DNA of 64,000 nucleotides from an uncultured Actinomycetes bacterium (GCA_963709345.1 CAVPVX010000011.1:384001-448000), one strand, 5' to 3'. Positions 30,376 through 40,270 are shown, counted from the stretch's first letter. Translations and numbers: made by a program. The notes: generated from the letters alone by a model not told the origin.

Positions 30376-30468
30376 GGAGGGGCGAGCGGGCTGCGCGCAG
30401 CACATCGAGCGCCCGCAGCGTCACCCAGCCGCTTCGACAGACCGGCGAGTCGTGCCTACACCGGCCTT

Positions 30469-30519
30469 GGTCGGGTAGTGCGTAGCGGCCCCCGGCCTTT
30501 CTCTTTGGGCAGGATGACC
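30469..30519 (-). ncRNA. DUF3800 3' relic plus conserved hairpin motif (copy B)
   Basis: Minus strand reads VILPKE codons then GGCCGGGGGCCGCTACGCACTACCCGACC, homologous to 32160-32210. Confidence 0.5.
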
Positions 30520-30541
30520 TCGCGCTGATGAGCGGGCGTGT

Positions 30542-30642
30542 ACTACGTGGGGCTCACCGACGTCGCCGCGCTCCTGGGAGTCACGAGGCAGAACGTCCGG
30601 AAGCTCATGCTCGGGTGCGACGCTCCCGCACCCTCGCCGGTG
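30542..30642 (+). repeat. partial duplicate of the HTH segment of CDS 30861-31391
   Basis: Near-identical to about 31105-31205. Confidence 0.85.
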
Positions 30643-30710
30643 GTGGACATTCCCGGTCACCCGTTGAACCGGGCATCCCCGTTCGAGACACTCACGCGGC
30701 ACAGCGTCCT

Positions 30711-30734
30711 TGTGGTTGTCATTTGACAACCGCA
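30711..30734. promoter_or_regulatory. palindromic operator candidate of a TA-like operon
   Basis: TGTGGTTGTCATTTGACAACCGCA upstream of a toxin relic and the HTH gene. Confidence 0.6.
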
Positions 30735-30759
30735 GCCCATCTGCCGATACTGCGAGGGA

Positions 30760-30857
30760 GCATCGTGCCGCGGAGCCCGGAGAACCACGCACGGCAGTTG
30801 CGGCGTGTGGTCGACAGATGCGTCGGGCAGCAGAGGCCCGACGACGGAGAGGAGTGA
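30760..30857 (+). pseudogene. 3' remnant of a small HicA-like toxin gene
   Basis: PRSPENHARQLRRVVDRC resembles, from recall, the end of small genes that precede this DNA-binding protein family; no start present. Confidence 0.45.
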
Positions 30858-30860
30858 CGG

Positions 30861-31391
30861 ATGAGCGAGTTCGAGTTCACGCTCACCTTCTCGCTGCCGC
30901 AGCGGGTCGCCGACGACATCGACGGGCTCGTGGAGAGATTGGGCGCCGCCGGATGCGACGACGCCGTGGTCGGCATCGGGAGGTGGGGCAGGTTGGCGCT
31001 CGCGTTCAGTCGCGAGGCCGATTCCGCGTCCGCCGCGCTCATCAGCGCCTTGGCGGACGTCCGCCGGGCGGAGCCTCGGGCGAGGCTGACGGAGGCTTCT
31101 CCGGACTACGTAGGGCTCACCGACGTCGCCGCGCTCCTGGGAGTCACGAGGCAGAACGTCCGGAAGCTCATCCTCGGGTGCGACGCTCCCGCACCCTCGC
31201 CGGTGCACGCGGGGCACCCCACCATCTGGCGCCTCGCCAGGCTGCTCCGCTGGCTGCGGGATGAGAAGGGCTACCGCGTGCCGCAGGAACTCCTGGACGT
31301 CGCGACAGCGACCCTCCAGGCCAACCTGGCCGTCGAGGCCCGCGACGCGGACGGCGAGGCGCAGAAGGAGCTGGCCGGCCTGCTCGCCTGA
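30861..31391 (+). CDS. HTH DNA-binding protein (HicB-like antitoxin candidate)
   Basis: EFEFTLTF..GCDDAVVGIG..LAFSREA..PDYVGLTDVAALLGVTRQNVRKL. Confidence 0.75.
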   Translation: MSEFEFTLTFSLPQRVADDIDGLVERLGAAGCDDAVVGIGRWGRLALAFSREADSASAALISALADVRRAEPRARLTEASPDYVGLTDVAALLGVTRQNVRKLILGCDAPAPSPVHAGHPTIWRLARLLRWLRDEKGYRVPQELLDVATATLQANLAVEARDADGEAQKELAGLLA

Positions 31392-31442
31392 TGCGGTTCG
31401 ACGGGCTCCGTCGACCCGCCAGTTGACGTTTCACCCCCGTGC

Positions 31443-31535
31443 TTGACCCGGGGCACCGGGCGCGCATAATGGACTCACTGACCCCGCGCCTGACGCGGGG
31501 CGCGAAGCCGCCTCCGGGCGGCTTCTGCTTCTTCC
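31443..31535 (+). ncRNA. promoter plus short structured RNA / orphan leader
   Basis: TTGACC-16 bp-CATAAT, then hairpins CCCCGCG/CGCGGGG and GAAGCCGCC/GGCGGCTTC with a pyrimidine tail; no downstream ORF. Confidence 0.4.
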
Positions 31536-31599
31536 AAGGGTCTCAAGTCGGCATTTGCCCCAAAGACGAAGAAGCCGCGGTGTGCGGCGTGACGTCTGG

Positions 31600-31761
31600 A
31601 TGGCCAAGCGCTTCGAGCTTGAATCGGCGGACAGCTGCGTCATCTCCGTGGCGGCGTAGCCGGCATCGACGATCACGCCACCGAGAACGAACACCGGGTA
31701 CTGCGGGTCGATGACGCTCAGGCTGTGGTCGCCGGACTCGTCGAGGAAGAGGACTTTCATC
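31600..31761 (-). pseudogene. 5' fragment of a DUF3800 gene
   Basis: MKVLFLDESGDHSLSVIDPQYPVFVLGGVIVDAGY, nearly identical to the start of 32189-32929. Confidence 0.85.
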
Positions 31762-31849
31762 CGGCCATCGTAGGCGGGCGCGACGAGCGCGCACAGAGTG
31801 ACAATCGAGGCGCGGCGCGATGGCCGCGGAGAGCGCCGCGGACGCGGCC

Positions 31850-32102
31850 TCAGAGCACCTTCACCCCGTGCCCCTGCAGCCGGGCGGCGGTGGCGTCGAG
31901 CTCGGCCAGCGGCGGGACGAAGATGACCGCCCCATCGCGGCCGCGCGTGAGCAGCACGCGGTAGGCGTTGACGCGCAGCTGGAAGGGATCGCGCACGTGG
32001 GTGCCGCGCGCGTGGTTCTTGGCGCGGGCGTTGGACCAGGCGTCGCCGGTCCACAGCAGGTCGGTGCCCCAGGCGAGCAGCACGCCGTCGAGCTCGAGGC
32101 CC
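31850..32102 (-). pseudogene. orphan 3' end of DUF2075 helicase (copy 3)
   Basis: QGLELD..AWGTD..DPFQLRVNAYRVLLTRGRDG..GVKVL. Confidence 0.85.
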
Positions 32103-32159
32103 TGACCTTCGTCGATTCGCCTTGACACCTCGGCGCATGGTACCGATACTGCTTGCAGA

Positions 32160-32188
32160 GGTCGGGAACTGCGTAGCGGGTCCCGGCC
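32160..32188 (-). ncRNA. conserved hairpin directly 3' of DUF3800 (copy A)
   Basis: GGCCGGGACCCGCTACGCAGTTCCCGACC right after the TAA. Confidence 0.5.
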
Positions 32189-32929
32189 TTACTCTTTGGG
32201 CAGGATGACCAGCCCGGCGCCGAGATAGTCGCCCTTCCTGCGCCGCAGCTTGGACTCCACGATCGCCCAGTCCTCTCGCGGCTTCTTGCCGGCCACGAAG
32301 CGGCCGATGGGGGAGACGACCAGGTCGGCGAGCTCCAGCCCGGCGATGCCCGCCCCTTTGCCCTCGAGTCTCAGGTGGGCGATGCGGTCCCGGATCGCCC
32401 CCGGCCTGAGGAACGCAGTGCCTCGTTCACGCAACTGCTGCGATGACGCGAGCAGAGCGGAATCCAGAACTTGATCGCGGCGCTCTGCAACGATGACGCC
32501 CGGCTGCGTCTCGTGAGTGTCCGCCAACGCGAAACAGAAGCGCTCGACCATCACGCTCAGGCTGAGCGTGTAGGGGTCGAGCGCGGCCGCCCCGTATGCG
32601 GCGAGGTGCGCCTCCTTGCGGATGGTGCAGGCGATCACGGTGTGGTCGAGTCGCCGCATGAGAGCGTTGAGACCGTCGCGAAACGCGCGACGGCGGCCGG
32701 GGTCGACGAGCATGGCGAAGTCTCCCTGCTGGCGAACGATGTCCGCGGTGTGCAGCGTGACGTCATCGCGGCCGAACGGCTCGCGCTTGAACTGGCGCAC
32801 AGCAGCGTCCATCTCCCCAGAGGCGTAGCCGGCATCGACGATCACGCCACCGAGAACGAACACCGGGTACTGCGGGTCGATGACGCTGAGGCTGTGATCG
32901 CCGGACTCGTCGAGGAAGAGGATCTTCAT
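32189..32929 (-). CDS. DUF3800 domain protein
   Basis: LFLDESG N-terminal motif and GLELADLV C-terminal motif. Confidence 0.88.
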   Translation of the reverse strand: MKILFLDESGDHSLSVIDPQYPVFVLGGVIVDAGYASGEMDAAVRQFKREPFGRDDVTLHTADIVRQQGDFAMLVDPGRRRAFRDGLNALMRRLDHTVIACTIRKEAHLAAYGAAALDPYTLSLSVMVERFCFALADTHETQPGVIVAERRDQVLDSALLASSQQLRERGTAFLRPGAIRDRIAHLRLEGKGAGIAGLELADLVVSPIGRFVAGKKPREDWAIVESKLRRRKGDYLGAGLVILPKE

Positions 32930-33017
32930 TCGGCAATCGTAGGCGGGTGCGAAGAGCGCGCACAGAGTGACAATCGAGGGCGGCGCGATGGCCGCGGAGA
33001 GCGCCGCGGACGCGGCC

Positions 33018-33553
33018 TCAGAGCACCTTCACCCCGTGCCCCTGCAGCCGGGCGGCGGTGGCGTCGAGCTCGGCCACGGGCGGGACGAAGATGACCGCCC
33101 CATCGCGGCCGCGCGGTGAGCAGCACGCGGTAGGCGTTGACGCGCAGCTGGAAGGGTCGCGCACATGGGTGCCGCGCGCGTGGTTCTTGGCGCGGGCGTT
33201 GGACCAGGCGTCGCCGGTCCACAGCAGGTCGGTCCCCCAGGCGAGGAGCACGCCGCCCGAGCTCGCAGGCCCTGGGCGCCGAACTCGGTGACGCACTCGC
33301 GCAGGTGCCGGCAGGAGCGATGGCTCTCGTCGCCGTCGCCGTACCAGGGGCCGAGACGCATGACCTTGGTGGACTGGTAGTCGTTGGGGATGCCCCACTC
33401 GGCGAGGATCTTGTCGCGCGAGGAGGCGACGAGGCCGTAGCGGGCGGCGGGAGCCTCCGCATAGCGCTTGTGGAAGTAGCTCTTGGCGGCCTCGAGGTCG
33501 CGGGTCATCCGGAGGTGGTAGCCGGCGGTCTCGAGGCGTTCGGTGAGCTCGCG
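33018..33553 (-). pseudogene. orphan 3' end of DUF2075 helicase (copy 2)
   Basis: GYHLRMTRDLEAAK..RYGLVASSRDK..TEFGAQGL..RVNAYRVLL..GVKVL. Confidence 0.85.
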
Positions 33554-33744
33554 TCTGTCGCACCCGCTCACGGGGTTGGCGCCGATGGCGGCCGCGTCGC
33601 GCCTCCGTGTGAGCAGCGCCCGCGCCCAACGAGCCGGCGTCTCCCTGAATGCCGGGTGCCTCGAGCTTGGATCGGTGAACGCTCAGCCGCCTGCATTGAT
33701 TGCGGAGTATTGCGGAATGCGAGCTCCCATTGCGTCCGGGTGAC

Positions 33745-34790
33745 TCAATTCGAATCGCCCTCGAAACCGGCCGCGAACCAACGGCCGGCGCGGGTGCGAC
33801 CGCGACTCACGACAAGGCCATCGCTGCGCAGTTGCTTCACGAGGTACTGAATCTGGTCTTTCGAAAGCGCCGGCAGCACTTGCCGAAGCTCCGCAAGCGG
33901 ACACCCAACGCTACCGCTGTCCAAGATGTGCCTGAGGAGGAGTTGCTTGTTGGTCTCCTGATCAAGGCCACGTCGCCTCGTGTAGGTGCCGGTGGCCTCG
34001 GTGAACTGATAGTAGCGGCGCGAAAGCACATACCGCACACCGGCGCCACGGCCCACGGACTCCAGCACTCCCGCTTCCACAAGGCGGTGTGCGTGGGGCC
34101 GCAGCTCGGCGGGCATCCTGTCGCCGCTCTCCGCGACGTCGAGCGACATGAAGTCCCGCGTCGAGAACGTCCTGAGCGTCTTCTCGCCGACACTCTCAAG
34201 GAAGCGCAGGAAGAGAGGATTGCGGATCGTCCCGCTGAGCAGAACTGAGACCTGATACTCGTCTGTCTGAGAGTAGTCGGGGCGCGGCTTGCTCTCTCGA
34301 ATGCAGGACTCCAGCATGCGTCGCACTCCCTGGCCTGAGCGGTCGACCAGCCCGCATCGCTCCAGGACGTCTGCGACACGCCGGTTTCGCGGGTCTTGGC
34401 GCCACAGCATGTTCTCGGTGGTGATTCCCGGTGGAAGACCGCCGGGACTGACGACCTCCAGAAGGTCGGGAGCCTGGCGGATGAAGATCGAGCCAGGGCG
34501 GCTGTAGTCGCGGTGCGCGATGGCGTTGAGGATCGCCTCTCGGACGACCTTCTCGCTGAACATCGCGATGTCGCGCACGAGCAGGCCCTCTTGGATCTGG
34601 TGAACGTCGTTGCGGGCGTTGATGACGTCCCAGAGGTCGTCATGACAGAGAAGGAACCCTTGCCGGAACTCCCGCCTCTGCTGATAGCGAAGACTGCTTG
34701 GCTGACTCCGGTACTCGAAGACGACCTCCGCCACCAGCCCGACGCAGAGCACGAGGCTGACGCGGGTGCGCTCTCCCGCCGTCGGGTCGA
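33745..34790 (-). pseudogene. 5'-truncated AlbA/RecG-C type ATP-binding protein (HATPase_c_4 + wHTH)
   Basis: VREAILNAIAHRDY, VSPGGLPPG, PRNRRVADVL, DRSGQGV; the N-terminal domain is missing. Confidence 0.75.
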
Positions 34791-34926
34791 CACCGGCATG
34801 GCGCCAAAGCCGGCTTCATCACCGACCTCGTCGGCGTTTGATATGGGATTACAATGTGATTCATGTGGGTCAGACTCTGTGATTTGGGGTAGGCTGCTAA
34901 TGGAGGCGAACCCGATCGGAGGCGTC

Positions 34927-35322
34927 ATGGCTCAGTTGGCCCCATCCAAGCCAGATCTCACTGCCTACGAGAACTCAATCCGTCTTGAGCCGGCGGAGAT
35001 CGTCCGTGAGCTCAGGGCTCACTTGGGCGCCCGGCTCGTGGCCTTCGTCGCAGGAGTCTCTGAGACTCGAGCCGTTCACGAGTGGGCCGCAGGCGAGCGG
35101 CACATCCGGCAGTCCGACGTACTAGACCGGCTGCGCCTTGCCTATCAGATCGTGCAGTTGATCGGCGCTCGTGACGACGACGCCGTGATCCAGGCGTGGT
35201 TCCAGGGGCTGAATCCCAAGCTGGACGACAGATCTCCTGCGAGGCTGCTCCGCGATGGCCAACTTCACGACGTGGGCCCGGATATCCTGGCGGCTGCGCG
35301 GGCGTTCGCGGCAATCGGCTGA
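34927..35322 (+). CDS. Xre/MbcA-like antitoxin
   Basis: LGARLVAFVAGVSETRAVHEWAAG..QAWFQGLNPKLDDRSPARLLR; GGAGG RBS; precedes a RES gene. Confidence 0.78.
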   Translation: MAQLAPSKPDLTAYENSIRLEPAEIVRELRAHLGARLVAFVAGVSETRAVHEWAAGERHIRQSDVLDRLRLAYQIVQLIGARDDDAVIQAWFQGLNPKLDDRSPARLLRDGQLHDVGPDILAAARAFAAIG

Positions 35323-35327
35323 GGCGC

Positions 35328-36047
35328 ATGACGCTCTGCTTCACGCAGACGGAGGGTCTGGTCTTCCGCGTCGGCTACTCGCCAGACCCCTGGGCGTGGG
35401 TGCCGTGGGAGTACGCCCCGTTCACCGGTCGGTGGGACGATCCTGAGGCGCTCTACCGGACCATCTATGCGGCTTCTTCTGTCGAGGCGTGCTACATCGA
35501 GATCCTGGCGCAGTTTCGGCCCGATCCCGGACTCGATCCGGATCTCGGCGCCATCGTCGGCTGCCCCGAGGATGAAGACTTCAAGAGCAACCCGCCCGGT
35601 GTGGTCGGTCGCAGTTGGCTTCTGGAGCGTCGGCTTGGGTCGGCGCACATCGACGGCCGGTTCGTGGACGTCGGTCACTCACGGACGATCGCCGAGCTCA
35701 GGCCGGTGTTCCTTCCGGTGGCGCTGGGGTTCGGGCTGCCCGACTTCGACGCGGCGGCCGTCCGCATGCATGCTCCTCGCGAGATGACTCAGCTGATCTC
35801 CAGGCACCTGTACGGCCGCGAGACGGCGGACGGCGGTCTCGTATCAGGCGTCGCCTTCGGGTCAAGGCACGGTGACGAACTGCGCCTCTGGGCGCTGTTC
35901 GAGCGCGAGGCCGACGTCGGCAGGGACAGCAGTCACCTCCTGCTGGATTGCCGCGATGAGGTGATCGATGCCGGCAGCGAGGCGTTCAGGCAAGCGCTTG
36001 AGCTTCACGAACTGAGGCTTGAAAGTAGCAGGTCGGGAGCTGCGTAG
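35328..36047 (+). CDS. RES domain toxin
   Basis: VFRVG, GRWDDP..RTIYAA..IEILA and SRHG..WALFE (R-E-S residues). Confidence 0.82.
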   Translation: MTLCFTQTEGLVFRVGYSPDPWAWVPWEYAPFTGRWDDPEALYRTIYAASSVEACYIEILAQFRPDPGLDPDLGAIVGCPEDEDFKSNPPGVVGRSWLLERRLGSAHIDGRFVDVGHSRTIAELRPVFLPVALGFGLPDFDAAAVRMHAPREMTQLISRHLYGRETADGGLVSGVAFGSRHGDELRLWALFEREADVGRDSSHLLLDCRDEVIDAGSEAFRQALELHELRLESSRSGAA

Positions 36048-36073
36048 AAGGCGCCTCACGGCGGGGATGCGGC

Positions 36074-36497
36074 TCAGAGCACCTTCACCCCGTGCCCCTG
36101 CAGCCGGGCGGCGGTGGCGTCGAGCTCGGCCACGGGCGGGACGAAGATGACCGCCCCATCGCGCCCGCGCGTGAGCAGCACGCGGTAGGCGTTGACGCGC
36201 AGCTGGAAGGGATCGCGCACGTGGGTGCCGCGCGCATGGTTCTTGGCGCGGGCGTTGGACCAGGCGTCGCCGGTCCACAGGAGGTCGGTGCCCCAGGCGA
36301 GGAGCACGCCGCCCGAGCTCGAGGCCCTGGGCGCCGAACTCGGTGACGCACTCGCGCAGGTGCCGGCAGGAGCGATGGCTCTCGTCGCCGTCGCCGTACC
36401 AGGGGCCGAGACGCATGACCTTGGTGGACTGGTAGTCGTTGGGGATGCCCCACTCGGCGAGGATCTTGTCTCGTGAGGAGGCGACGAGACCGTAGGT
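36074..36497 (-). pseudogene. orphan 3' end of DUF2075 helicase (copy 1)
   Basis: Near-identical at DNA level to 33018-33440. Confidence 0.85.
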
Positions 36498-36608
36498 GCA
36501 GGGCATGGGGCTCACCTACGCGGCGCGCCGGCGCGGAGACGGGTGGCGCTGGATGACGGGGATGTCCTCGCGGATAGGACCGCTCTGCAAGGTGCGGCTC
36601 GAGAAGAC

Positions 36609-37278
36609 CTACTTGCCCTCGAACGGCACTAGCTTGAAGCGCCAGATCTTGTATCCGGAGCGCCCTCTCTCCTCCCAGTACTTCTCCACGCGATAGAGGC
36701 CTGTCGTATCGATAACCGGCCTTCGGTCCCGAGCCGCCGGGCTCACGCCAGCCTCGGGTCACCCGAACGGGGAGGTCCCAGTCACAGCTGCGCACGAGGG
36801 ACAGATTGGTGCCAGTGAGCGTCTGGTCTGCGATCTGCTGACCGGTTGCAGGGTCCTTTCCTCCGTGGCCGGTGTAGATGATCTCGTCTCTCGAGTCGAC
36901 GTCGTCTTCGTAGCCGCCGTTGAGAACGATGGACTCCGCGCCCGTATCGCCACTCCCGCAGATGCCCGCCTGGAGCGGGCGATGGATGCCCGCCTCGCGC
37001 AGGGCCTTGCGGTTCGGGAAGACGGTGCCCACCGCGACGTCAGGAATCGTACCAATCACGCCGGCCTTCACGGGCCGAGGCGCGGGGAGCTCTGGAATAA
37101 CCTCGTGGGGGATGTCGACGAGCTCGTTGAGCTTAGCCAGGACGCCGGTGGACGGCGTGACGAAGGTCTTCTTGTTGTACCAGCGGCTGCCCGTCCAAAC
37201 ATAGGTCACACCGTCCAGAACATGCTCGGACGCCTGTCCCTCTTTGGCTCTGCGCGGGGATTCGTGCTCAACCGGCAC
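36609..37278 (-). CDS. stand-alone SRA/YDG domain protein, frameshift near 36702
   Basis: AGIHRPLQAGI, AESIVLNGGYEDDVD, IIYTGHGG, PVRVTRG, GYRYD / GLYRVEKYW..IWRFKL, then stop with no HNH domain. Confidence 0.85.
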
Positions 37279-39306
37279 GGGTGTCGAAGGTGAGGGCCAG
37301 TCGGGAGGCGGAGTCCTCGATCGTTGGCTTCCTGATCGCCCAGCATCTTGACCCCAAGTCCCTGGAGCCAGGCGGCAGTCAGGTCGAGCCGAGGGTCTTG
37401 CGGAACGAAGATCACCGCGGCGTCGCGTCCTCGCGTGAGAAGAACGCGATAGGCGTTGACTCTTAGTTGGTAGGGATCCTTGACGTGGGAGCCTCGCTGG
37501 TGGCGCTTGGCGTACTCATCCGACCACTCCTCGGCGGCCATTCGGCCTGACGATGCGGATGAAGTCCATGCCCCACGCGAGCAGAACTGCGTCCGAGTTC
37601 GAGTCCCTGAGCGCCGAATTCCGTGACGCACTGGGTCAGGTTTCTGCACGAGCGGGAGTCGCCATCGCCCTCGCCATACCAAGGACCCAACTGCAAGACG
37701 CTGAGTGGAGTGCCAGCCATTGGCACACCCCAGTCGGTCTCGAAGGACCTTGTCGCGAGACGAAGCGAGCAGACCAAAGCGCGCGTCTGGTGCGTCCGCG
37801 TACCGGCCGACCAGGTAGGCCTTGGCGGTCTCCAGATCGCGAGTCATGCGTAGGTGATAACCGGCCGCCTCCAGGCGCTTCGCCAGTTCGCGGCCGCGCT
37901 GCATGTCGTCGCCTTCGAGAAGCGTTCTCGACCCAGTCATCGAGGTCATCAGCGAAGTGGAAGCGAAGCTCGACGGTGAGTTCGAGGGCTGGGCTTGGCT
38001 GAGTCCTGCGGCGAGTCGCTCTCCGCTGCTCCAGTCCGGTCCGAAGAAGGTGTCCAGCACCCTCTGTGGAGCGTGCACCGTCCAAGACCCGGGGTCGCCG
38101 GCCTTCTCCAGCGCTGTGCGCCACTGACCAAGGCCGGCCTCTTCGCCGACGTGGATCTCCTGACCGGAGCCAATGAGACCGACCAGGACGCTCCAGCCCG
38201 GGATGCGTTCACCGAAGTCGACGAACGCCTCTGGCTCGCTCTTCGGAACGGCAGGCGTGCTTGCTGATGACTTGCTCGAGATCCCAGGCGCGCTGCGCCT
38301 CGTCGTAGACAATCACGTGTTGCGGCGGGACCTGCCGGCTGTCGCCGAGGTACTGCTTGACGTAGTTCTTGACGTCTCGGACGAACGTCTTGCCGCCACC
38401 GCCGGCTCCGCGGAGTTCGTACTGAAGGACCTGGACGAGCGGGCCGTTCCCGCTCAAGAAGATGGCCGGTGCAGTGGGCTTGCCGCCGGCCCTGTCCACC
38501 GACGAGGTCATTGAGCGCCGGATTGTGGACGGCGCTGAGCCCAACCAGAGTCTTGCCAGAGCCCGGCACGCCGGTGACGAGCACGAGGTGGCGCGTATGG
38601 GTGTCGGGCTGCCTCGTGGGCGATCCGCGCGATCTCGTCGATTGCCGGCTGGGTCTCGGCGCGAGCCCGATGAATCGGCCGAACCTTGCCCTCTAGGAAG
38701 AGTTCGCGCGCCGCCTGAACCAGCGTAGGGAGAGGGCAGTAGGCGTCGTGGGCGAGGAACTCCTCAGCCGTGAGCGGGCCATCTTCCCACGGCCGCTGGA
38801 AGTCGGCGATGAGCTGATGTAGAGATGCCGGTCCGCAGATGTGCACGCCGTCGCGCACGCCGATGTAGCCGGGTGCTTGCGTCGGCACGACGACCGCGTG
38901 CACTTCGCGCTCTGCACAGTGCCTGTGGTAGCAGCGGAGGTCACGCGCGTACGCCGATGCCTGGTCGAGGTCAGCCTGGTCAGGCTCGGCCTTGCCCTTC
39001 AGTTCGAGGACCACCACGGCGCCATTGATGAGCAGAACGACGTCTGGGCGACGCGACTCCATCGGCAGCTCGTACTCAAGAATGGCGGTGTACTGGTCGG
39101 CAAGCCCATCAATCTCGACGACCTTGCCAGCCTCCACCTGGATCTTCGGGATGGAGTCGTCCCAGGCGCGGATCTTGCGAGTCGCCGGTCTCGCCGAGGA
39201 ACTCCTCCAGAGAGATGCGGACGATGCGCGGCTCAGCCTCCGAGAAGGTGGGGAAGTCGCTCTCCCAGCCGTAGCGTGCGCGTGCGGAATCGGACTCAGG
39301 CGTCAT
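37206..39306 (-). CDS. DUF2075 (Schlafen group 3-like) helicase with N-terminal PD-(D/E)XK-like domain, multiply frameshifted
   Basis: ILEYELPMESRRPDVVLL..VLELKG; VTGVPGSGKT; VYDEAQRAW; LIGSGQEIHVGEE; TEFGAQGLE; RVNAYRVLLTRGRD, spread over several frames. Confidence 0.85.
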
Positions 39307-39455
39307 GAAGTCGCTCCAATGTCGGCCCCTGCGCTGGCAGTGACGATACTAGTTGACGATTCGGACGGAGCTCAAGGAATCGAGGCTCGACGATCCTAGT
39401 TTGATCGTGGCACACTCGCCCTGCTGACCCGAACCCGCGACCCCGGGAGGTCCTC

Positions 39456-39995
39456 ATGGGCGAGCTCCTTGCCGTCACCTGCGACTCGTGCGGCGAGCCG
39501 ATGGTCCCCAACGTGAGCACGCTGGACGACGACGGCTGCGGCTGGATCTGCCTGAGCCCCGGCTGCCCGGAGCTGGCTGCCGGGGAGCTGGAGGCCGAGG
39601 ACCTGGTGGAGGCCGGCGTGCCGGAGGCGCTCGCCGGCCGTCTCGCGCGGCTGGTCGATCACTACGTGGACGCGGAGGAGGCGCGCGGCCGTGAGGCGGA
39701 CGCGCCCGCGCGGGCGCGCGAGCGGGCGCAGGCCGATCTCGCGCGCCTCCACGCGCTCCTGCTCGAGCTGGGGCGCCTCGCCGAAGGCGCAGGCGCCCTC
39801 GCCGCCCATCTGAGCGACTCGCTCGTCGTCTCGTACCACTCGGACGACTTCGATGAGGCCGAGCAAGCCCGCCAGGCCCTCGCCGCCGTCGGCGCCCTCT
39901 GCGGCGTCCTGCGCCGCACCGCCGGCGACGCCCAGGACCATCTCGCCGGCGTCGACTCCGAGCTGCCGGGGCTGCTCGCCACAGACCACTTCTGA
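39456..39995 (+). CDS. hypothetical Cys-motif protein (repeat gene copy 1)
   Basis: CDSC..GCGWICLSPGC, then a helical Ala-rich body; GGAGG RBS. Confidence 0.7.
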   Translation: MGELLAVTCDSCGEPMVPNVSTLDDDGCGWICLSPGCPELAAGELEAEDLVEAGVPEALAGRLARLVDHYVDAEEARGREADAPARARERAQADLARLHALLLELGRLAEGAGALAAHLSDSLVVSYHSDDFDEAEQARQALAAVGALCGVLRRTAGDAQDHLAGVDSELPGLLATDHF

Positions 39996-40168
39996 GGCGC
40001 CCCCACTCCGCAACGTCCACCGCGAGTGGCCATCGTCACTCTGGTCGTCGCGGCGCGCGCGTCGCAGGCTTCATGCATGCCCGCTGTCACCTCCACACGC
40101 ACTCGCGCCCGCCTCTGCCGGTCTCCATCAGTGGCCCGCAACGTCACCCTCATCCCGCCGCAACGTTG

Positions 40169-40250
40169 TTGCTCTCGGACGCGGGAAAGGTATACTCGTC
40201 TCAATCCTCCCCGCCGTCCGGGTAGTGCCGCACCGGCGGGGCTTTCTTTT
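40169..40250 (+). promoter_or_regulatory. promoter and terminator-like leader of NYN gene 1
   Basis: TTGCTC-16 bp-TATACT, then CCCCGCC..GGCGGGG plus a T-tract; the leader is repeated at 43086-43137. Confidence 0.6.
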
Positions 40251-40270
40251 GACCATTCTCGGACGCCGTC

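Noticed and set aside
31850-39306. Diversity-generating retroelement template/variable repeats
   Set aside because: No reverse transcriptase, and the differences between copies are not visibly adenine-specific.
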